In this document: one piece after another, positions 56,928-64,000 of the stretch | Position numbering within the stretch: the first letter of the stretch is position 1 | Layout: each line of letters begins with the position of its first letter | Source of the DNA: Escherichia coli | GTDB taxonomy: Bacteria > Pseudomonadota > Gammaproteobacteria > Enterobacterales > Enterobacteriaceae | Assembly (NCBI RefSeq): GCF_009931435.1 | Contig: NZ_CP043414.1 | Direction: 5' to 3' (one strand) | DNA: 64,000 bases | The notes under the pieces: generated by a model | What the model was told of the DNA's origin: nothing | Seen by the model: the letters and a program-made list of their open reading frames with translations, nothing else | Databases searched by the model: none | Program-made: the position numbers and the translations under genes

Positions 56928-58301
56928 TTATTTTAATAACCGCACCCGGCACGTTTTTCCTTTAATCTTCCCGCCCTGTAACTGTTTCCATGCTTTATGA
57001 GCAACAGCCTGACGCACCGCGACATAGACATGCGCCGGATGCACGGCGATTTTGCCAATATCTGCGCCATCAAGCCCGATATCTCCTGTCAGCGCACCTA
57101 ATACATCACCCGGGCGCATTTTGGCTTTTTTCCCGCCATCGATACATAACGTTGCCATTTCTGCTTCCAGCGGCACAATGGAACTATTAACTGGCGGCGT
57201 TTGCCAGTTAAGTTTTATCTGCAACATGTCAGAAATGATATTGGCCCGCTGTGCTTCTTCCGGGGCACAGAAACTGATCGCCAGACCGCTATTTCCTGCA
57301 CGCGCTGTACGACCGATGCGATGTACATGAACTTCAGGGTCCCACGCCAGTTCAAAGTTCACTACCAGCTCAAGCGATTTAATATCAAGACCACGCGCAG
57401 CAACATCCGTCGCGACCAGCACACGAGCGCTACCGTTAGCAAAACGTACCAGGGTCTGATCGCGGTCACGTTGCTCCAGATCGCCATGTAACGACAATGC
57501 ACTTTGCCCTATGTCATTCAGCGCGTCGCAGACAGCCTGACAATCTTTTTTGGTATTGCAAAACACCACGCAAGAGGATGGCTGATGCAAACTTAATAAC
57601 CGTTGCAACAGCGGAATTTTGCCTTTGCTGGATGTCTCATAAAATTGTTGTTCAATGGGAGGCAGAGCATCTGTTGAGTCAATTTCAATCGCCAATGGCT
57701 CGCGTTGAACTCGTCCGCTGATTGCGGTGATGGCTTCCGGCCAGGTTGCCGAAAACAGAAGCGTCTGTCGAGATGCTGGCGCAAAACGGATAACATCATC
57801 AATGGCATCGCTAAATCCCATATCCAGCATGCGATCGGCTTCATCCATCACCAGCATATTCAACGCATCCAGTGATACCGTGCCTTTTTGCAGATGGTCC
57901 AGCAAACGACCTGGGGTTGCCACGATAATATGCGGCGCATGTTGCAACGAATCACGCTGCATACCGAACGGTTGACCACCGCACAAAGTCAAAATTTTGG
58001 TATTTGGCAGAAAACGCGCCAGCCGACGCAATTCACCTGCCACCTGATCCGCCAGTTCACGCGTAGGGCACAGCACTAAAGCCTGGGTCTGAAATAGCGA
58101 CGCATCAATTTTCTGTAGCAGCCCGAGGCCAAAAGCCGCCGTTTTGCCGCTGCCGGTTTTCGCCTGCACGCGAACATCTTTTCCGGCAAGGATCGCCGGA
58201 AGCGCGGCAGCCTGCACCGGCGTCATAGTCAAATAACCCAACTCATTAAGGTTCGTGAGTTGGGCGGGAGGCAAAACATTCAGGGTAGAAAAAGCGGTCA
58301 C
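56928..58301 (-). CDS. dbpA: ATP-dependent 23S rRNA-specific RNA helicase DbpA (DEAD-box)
   Basis: 457-aa ORF with AKTGSGKT Walker A, DEAD motif (VMDEADRM), SAT and C-terminal RNA-binding domain. Confidence 0.95.
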   Translation of the reverse strand: MTAFSTLNVLPPAQLTNLNELGYLTMTPVQAAALPAILAGKDVRVQAKTGSGKTAAFGLGLLQKIDASLFQTQALVLCPTRELADQVAGELRRLARFLPNTKILTLCGGQPFGMQRDSLQHAPHIIVATPGRLLDHLQKGTVSLDALNMLVMDEADRMLDMGFSDAIDDVIRFAPASRQTLLFSATWPEAITAISGRVQREPLAIEIDSTDALPPIEQQFYETSSKGKIPLLQRLLSLHQPSSCVVFCNTKKDCQAVCDALNDIGQSALSLHGDLEQRDRDQTLVRFANGSARVLVATDVAARGLDIKSLELVVNFELAWDPEVHVHRIGRTARAGNSGLAISFCAPEEAQRANIISDMLQIKLNWQTPPVNSSIVPLEAEMATLCIDGGKKAKMRPGDVLGALTGDIGLDGADIGKIAVHPAHVYVAVRQAVAHKAWKQLQGGKIKGKTCRVRLLK

Positions 58302-58331
58302 AATCTGTTCTCGTGGTCATCGACGCAAAAA

Positions 58332-58505
58332 TTAGCAAGCGCGTATCCTCGCAGATCTACGCTCACGATGCGACAATTTAATCGGTTCTTCATCGGGTGG
58401 TGGGTCAGGCATGGGTTGCGGGCGAGGGATTGGATCGGGCACTGGAACAGGATCGCCAGGAATCGGTTCAGGGACAGGAATTTGCAAATAAATGAGTGTC
58501 GTCAT
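58332..58505 (-). CDS. Candidate small proline-rich protein (57 aa) immediately upstream of dbpA; not in ORF track
   Basis: Manual translation MTTLIYLQIPVPEPIPGDPVPVPDPIPRPQPMPDPPPDEEPIKLSHRERRSARIRAC; GGAGGG Shine-Dalgarno about 6 nt before the ATG; stop 31 nt upstream of the dbpA start. Confidence 0.4.
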   Translation of the reverse strand: MTTLIYLQIPVPEPIPGDPVPVPDPIPRPQPMPDPPPDEEPIKLSHRERRSARIRAC

Positions 58506-58562
58506 ATTTCCCTCCGGTCATTGGGTGGACTCTTAAAGGGTAGACGCTGATATATAACAGGC

Positions 58563-58684
58563 AAAAAAAAGCCGACTCATCAAAGTCGGCGTCGTACGAA
58601 TCAATTGTGCTATGCAGTAATTCAAAAAAGGAAGTAAGACAATATGGAGCGCAACGCCCATCGCTTGACGTTGCATTCACCTGC
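58563..58684 (-). ncRNA. fnrS: FnrS small RNA (FNR-activated, Hfq-dependent)
   Basis: Minus-strand GCAGGTGAATGCAACGTCAAGCGATGGGCGTTGCGCTCC...GCCGACTTTGATGAGTCGGCTTTTTTTT matches FnrS as recalled. Confidence 0.9.
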
Positions 58685-58719
58685 AAGAGAGATATTGCCC
58701 TGAATGGGTAGAGAGTTTA

Positions 58720-58733
58720 TTGACTTCGCTCAA
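58720..58733 (-). promoter_or_regulatory. FNR binding site (class II position) in the fnrS promoter
   Basis: Minus-strand TTGAG-CGAA-GTCAA (consensus TTGAT-N4-ATCAA) centred about 42 nt upstream of the fnrS 5' end. Confidence 0.6.
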
Positions 58734-58779
58734 ACTTTGCGGCGTTTTTGTATACAGATAGTAGGGAAAATTGCTGTTG

Positions 58780-59784
<1,005 letters not shown>

Positions 59785-60017
59785 TTATTTTGTAGTCTAG
59801 CCTTCTGGCCCTGTTACGCAACATCTCATCACCCCATTACCCTGAAATGATTAATAAAATTCTGTCTAAATTGAATACAAAAAGCAAAATGCTTTTCCAT
59901 ATACAAACCGTGTGAAGTGTTAAATAGCGTCTATCATTATCAGAATTATCTGATCATATGACGTGGCTTTATTGCGATCGGATAGCAACAAAAATTGATA
60001 AAAATAACGGGATCTCA

Positions 60018-61250
60018 ATGATTACGCACAACTTCAATACCCTGGACTTACTCACCAGTCCTGTCTGGATCGTTTCGCCCTTTGAGGAACAGTTAATTTA
60101 TGCCAACAGCGCGGCGCGACTGTTGATGCAAGACCTCACGTTTAGTCAGCTACGAACCGGTCCCTATTCCGTCTCCTCACAAAAAGAACTGCCGAAATAC
60201 CTCTCCGATCTGCAAAACCAACACGATATTATCGAAATCCTCACCGTTCAACGTAAAGAAGAGGAAACAGCATTAAGCTGTCGGCTTGTTTTGCGAGAGC
60301 TGACAGAAGCAGAACCGGTGATTATTTTCGAAGGTATCGAAGCGCCGGCAACGCTGGGTTTAAAAGCCAGTCGCTCGGCAAATTATCAGCGCAAAAAACA
60401 AGGTTTTTATGCGCGCTTTTTTCTGACTAACTCTGCACCAATGTTGTTGATTGACCCCTCACGAGATGGCCAAATCGTCGATGCTAACCTCGCCGCGCTC
60501 AATTTCTATGGTTATAACCATGAAACGATGTGCCAGAAACATACCTGGGAAATTAATATGCTCGGGCGTCGCGTCATGCCTATCATGCATGAAATCTCGC
60601 ATTTACCCGGTGGTCATAAGCCTTTGAATTTTGTTCATAAACTGGCGGATGGTTCGACTCGTCATGTGCAGACCTATGCTGGGCCGATTGAAATTTATGG
60701 CGACAAGCTCATGTTATGTATTGTGCATGATATTACTGAGCAAAAACGGCTGGAGGAGCAGCTGGAACATGCTGCCCACCATGACGCGATGACCGGATTA
60801 CTGAATCGGCGCCAGTTTTATCACATTACCGAGCCAGGCCAAATGCAGCACCTCGCCATCGCTCAGGATTACAGCTTATTGCTCATCGACACCGATCGTT
60901 TTAAACACATTAACGATCTCTATGGGCATTCTAAAGGTGATGAGGTGTTATGCGCCCTCGCCCGCACTCTCGAAAGTTGCGCTCGCAAAGGCGATTTGGT
61001 GTTTCGTTGGGGAGGCGAAGAGTTTGTCTTATTGCTACCAAGAACCCCACTGGATACCGCGCTTGCGCTGGCTGAAACTATCCGCGTAAGCGTGGCAAAA
61101 GTGAGTATTTCGGGCTTACCACGCTTTACCGTCAGCATTGGTGTGGCGCATCACGAAGGAAATGAAAGCATCGATGAACTGTTTAAACGCGTTGATGATG
61201 CTTTGTATCGGGCGAAAAATGATGGACGCAACCGCGTGCTGGCGGCATAA
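60018..61250 (+). CDS. dgcM: Diguanylate cyclase DgcM (YdaM), PAS-PAS-GGDEF
   Basis: Start set at MITHNFNTLDLLTSPVWIV (410 aa); GGEEF active-site motif (RWGGEEFVLLL). Confidence 0.9.
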   Translation: MITHNFNTLDLLTSPVWIVSPFEEQLIYANSAARLLMQDLTFSQLRTGPYSVSSQKELPKYLSDLQNQHDIIEILTVQRKEEETALSCRLVLRELTEAEPVIIFEGIEAPATLGLKASRSANYQRKKQGFYARFFLTNSAPMLLIDPSRDGQIVDANLAALNFYGYNHETMCQKHTWEINMLGRRVMPIMHEISHLPGGHKPLNFVHKLADGSTRHVQTYAGPIEIYGDKLMLCIVHDITEQKRLEEQLEHAAHHDAMTGLLNRRQFYHITEPGQMQHLAIAQDYSLLLIDTDRFKHINDLYGHSKGDEVLCALARTLESCARKGDLVFRWGGEEFVLLLPRTPLDTALALAETIRVSVAKVSISGLPRFTVSIGVAHHEGNESIDELFKRVDDALYRAKNDGRNRVLAA

Positions 61251-61270
61251 GCCGCGGATGCGTCTCGAGA

Positions 61271-61834
61271 TCAACGACTGCGCTTAGCGTGGCGCTCCCA
61301 GTTTTCTTGCTTTGCCTGCGCCGTTTTACGTAGTGCGACGTAACACGCCCCGCTGCCGCCATGATGCGGTAGCGCGGTACAATATGCCTGGACATCATCA
61401 AATTCGGTCAACCAGCGCGCCACATAGCTGCGGACAATATTGGCATGCGATTTATCTTCCCGCCCTTTACCATGAATAATCAGCACATTACGCAAACCAT
61501 CCGCCAGGGCTTGTTGAATGAAACTGAACACCATTTTGCGGCACTCTTCCACCGGCTGGCGCAAAAGATTCAGGCTCGCCTGTTGCGGATATTTACCACT
61601 GCGCAGCTTATCCAGCACCCCATGTTGCAACCCTTCCCGCCGAAACTCCAGCGGCTGGCTTAGCGGGATGATGTCGAGAAATCCGGTGGTGAGGAAATTA
61701 TCAAGTTGCAGCGTGTCGATACGCTGCGGCGCACGTTGGTTACGCGTTGGATGCCAGTGGACATCTGTAGCACGTTTCAGCGGCTGGACATCTTCCATGG
61801 CGTCAAGAAACAGCGATTTGTCGTCAAGGTTCAT
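61271..61834 (-). CDS. smrA: Smr-domain endonuclease SmrA (YdaL)
   Basis: 187-aa ORF with C-terminal Smr domain (LIIHGKG...). Confidence 0.9.
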   Translation of the reverse strand: MNLDDKSLFLDAMEDVQPLKRATDVHWHPTRNQRAPQRIDTLQLDNFLTTGFLDIIPLSQPLEFRREGLQHGVLDKLRSGKYPQQASLNLLRQPVEECRKMVFSFIQQALADGLRNVLIIHGKGREDKSHANIVRSYVARWLTEFDDVQAYCTALPHHGGSGACYVALRKTAQAKQENWERHAKRSR

Positions 61835-62061
61835 GTTACATCCTCCCGCAATTAAGAGCGCGATATGATAACCAGACCGGGTCGGTCCAACAACGTATTA
61901 CCCAAAATTCCAGTAATAAGTTCCAAATATTGCCGATATTTTAAGCAAAATGCTTATGCATGATTATTCATTCACGATGTTAATAATGTAACTTATATTT
62001 TCGTGAAATCTGTCACTGAAGAAAATTGGCAACTAAAGGTTAAAACCGTTATAACACAGTC

Positions 62062-62155
62062 ACCGGCGCAGAGGAGACCATGCCGGATTTAAGACGCGGA
62101 TGCACTGCTGTGTGTACTGTAGAGTCTGGCGGATGTCGACAGACTCTATTTTTTT
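62062..62155 (+). ncRNA. mcaS: McaS (IsrA) small RNA
   Basis: ACCGGCGCAGAGGAGACCATGCCGGATTTAAGACGCGGATGCACTGCTGTGTGTACTGTAGAGTCTGGCGGATGTCGACAGACTCTATTTTTTT in the abgR-smrA intergenic region matches McaS as recalled, including the terminator hairpin. Confidence 0.85.
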
Positions 62156-62163
62156 ATGCAGTT

Positions 62164-63072
62164 TTAACTTTGCAGATAGCCGCTTTCTCGCCGAAATTGC
62201 GTGATTAATGACGCGGTCAGTGGTGTCTGGCGACTATCACGCCGCTGAATCAAATAATAGGCCGCTTTCGGTAAAATTTCGCTAACCGGCAACATCACCA
62301 GCCCCTGTCCGTGCAAGGGATCGCAGCCCATTTCTTCAGGTAGTATGCTGAGAAAATCGCTTTTTGCCACCAGACTGATACAGGCTGAAAACGTCTCGCA
62401 GACTACGCCGACCTGTGGCGTTTGCGCCTGATCGTCAAGCAATTCACTCAACTGTTTGTAGTAGCTGCCGTGTGGCGTCGGCATTGTCCAGCTGTAGTCC
62501 AGTAACTGTTTGATCGAACGGGCACCAATGGCGGGATGTCCTGGGCGGCAAAAGATCGCGAATTGCTTTTCCAGTAATTTCTCAAAAGTAAATTCGTGGT
62601 CGTAGGGTCCCTGATAATAGGTATTGATGGTGAAATCCAGTTCTCCCTGGCGCAATTCATTAATCATCGACACCAGTTGCCCTTCCATAATGCGTACTTT
62701 TACCTGCGGATGCTGCTGATGAAAACGAGATATGACAGCTGGCATCAGACTGCGGGAAATACTGGCCCCCATGCCGATATTAATTTGCCCTGCCAGTTGC
62801 CCTTGTCGTTGGCGAATATCCTCTTGCGCTGCGCGCAGCTCTTCAAGAATAAGACTGGCGTGCTGATAAAAACTTTCACCGGCATCAGTTAACGTCACGC
62901 CTTTACTACGGCGAAAAAAGAGTTGCGCCGCTAACCCTTCTTCCAGCTCCTGAATAGATTTACTCAGTGCCGGTTGCGACATATTCAACATTCGGCTCGC
63001 TCCGCGAATGCTGCCCTGACGAGCCACTTCAACAAAAGCCCGAATTTGATGAATTTTTACCTGAAAAGCCAT
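62164..63072 (-). CDS. abgR: LysR-family regulator AbgR
   Basis: 302-aa ORF with N-terminal HTH, divergent from abgA. Confidence 0.9.
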   Translation of the reverse strand: MAFQVKIHQIRAFVEVARQGSIRGASRMLNMSQPALSKSIQELEEGLAAQLFFRRSKGVTLTDAGESFYQHASLILEELRAAQEDIRQRQGQLAGQINIGMGASISRSLMPAVISRFHQQHPQVKVRIMEGQLVSMINELRQGELDFTINTYYQGPYDHEFTFEKLLEKQFAIFCRPGHPAIGARSIKQLLDYSWTMPTPHGSYYKQLSELLDDQAQTPQVGVVCETFSACISLVAKSDFLSILPEEMGCDPLHGQGLVMLPVSEILPKAAYYLIQRRDSRQTPLTASLITQFRRESGYLQS

Positions 63073-63247
63073 GACGCCACCGATAACCGTTATTTATCAG
63101 ACCAAAGAAACTGGCATCTACTTTAATGCAGATGATTGTGTCAGGGTAATTTATGAACGGTTAAAACTGTGAAAAATCAGTTAGTGATAAGTAAAAACTA
63201 TCACTACGTGAACCGGGTCACATTTTTTACTGATGACGGGAAAGGTT

Positions 63248-64000
63248 ATGGAGTCTTTGAATCAATTTGTTAATTCGCTTGCCCCAAGATTATCGCACTG
63301 GCGACGTGATTTTCATCGCTATGCAGAGTCTGGCTGGGTGGAATTCCGCACAGCCACCCTTGTTGCAGAAGAATTGCACCAGCTCGGCTATTCACTGGCG
63401 CTGGGCCGCGAAGTCGTTAATGAAAGTAGTCGGATGGGACTACCTGATGAATTCACTCTACAGCGCGAATTCGAGCGCGCTCTTCAACAAGGTGCGTTAG
63501 CACAATGGATTGCGGCTTTTGAAGGTGGTTTCACTGGCATCGTCGCCACCCTGGATACCGGTCGCCCCGGTCCGGTGATGGCTTTCCGTGTCGATATGGA
63601 CGCGCTGGATCTCAGTGAAGAACGGGATGTCAGCCATCGCCCCTACCGCGACGGTTTTGCGTCATGTAACGCCGGAATGATGCATGCCTGTGGTCATGAT
63701 GGACATACCGCTATTGGGCTTGGGCTGGCGCACACCCTTAAACAGTTCGAGTCCGGACTACATGGCATCATCAAACTGATTTTTCAGCCTGCAGAGGAAG
63801 GTACGCGTGGCGCGCGGGCGATGGTCGATGCAGGTGTAGTGGATGATGTTGATTATTTTACTGCCGTGCACATTGGCACTGGCGTACCTGCGGGCACCGT
63901 GGTGTGCGGCAGTGATAATTTTATGGCAACAACCAAATTTGACGCGTACTTCACCGGGACCGCCGCTCACGCAGGCGCAAAACCAGAAGATGGTCACAAT
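63248..64000 (+). CDS. abgA: p-Aminobenzoyl-glutamate hydrolase subunit A (M20 peptidase), 5' part; continues beyond window end
   Basis: Frame from ATG 63248 open to the window end: MESLNQFVNSLAPRLSHWRRDFHRYAESGWVEF...MHACGHDGHTAIGLG (M20 metal-binding motif). Absent from the ORF track because there is no stop in the window. Confidence 0.85.
   Translation, partial: MESLNQFVNSLAPRLSHWRRDFHRYAESGWVEFRTATLVAEELHQLGYSLALGREVVNESSRMGLPDEFTLQREFERALQQGALAQWIAAFEGGFTGIVATLDTGRPGPVMAFRVDMDALDLSEERDVSHRPYRDGFASCNAGMMHACGHDGHTAIGLGLAHTLKQFESGLHGIIKLIFQPAEEGTRGARAMVDAGVVDDVDYFTAVHIGTGVPAGTVVCGSDNFMATTKFDAYFTGTAAHAGAKPEDGHN

Noticed and set aside
58468-58686. Listed 72-aa minus-strand ORF
   Set aside because: Overlaps the FnrS sRNA and its terminator; the frame starts inside the sRNA.

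Overview
This window reads as Escherichia coli chromosome, corresponding to the abgA-to-ydcR segment of K-12 (about 1.4-1.5 Mb) in inverted orientation, from a non-K-12-type strain. Identification rests on reading the ORF translations and three sRNA sequences against remembered E. coli proteins and RNAs; no database search was run. Most of the window is conserved core genes (abgA/abgR, smrA, dgcM, zntB, dbpA, ttcA, uspF, ompN, ydbK, ldhA, ydbH, ydbA, ynbABCD, azoR, hrpA, aldA, gapC, cybB, hokB/mokB, trg, opgD, rimL, tehAB, sutR, ydcP, yncJ, ydcR) plus the sRNAs mcaS, fnrS and micC. Relative to K-12 as I recall it, the Rac prophage, the paa/tynA/fea cluster, IS609 insQ and hicA with most of hicB are absent, while ydbA and gapC are intact. 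The one clearly accessory stretch is about 1-5.2 kb: a hicB 3' remnant, an IS911-like IS3-family element with a frameshifted orfB and no target-site duplication, and about 3 kb of AT-rich cargo. That cargo holds an orphan phage Nu1-like HTH protein followed by two unlisted small two-TM proteins, divergent from a secreted DUF1311/LprI-like protein. This is the best candidate for an undescribed module; its function is inference only. No CRISPR array, tRNA or rRNA was seen.
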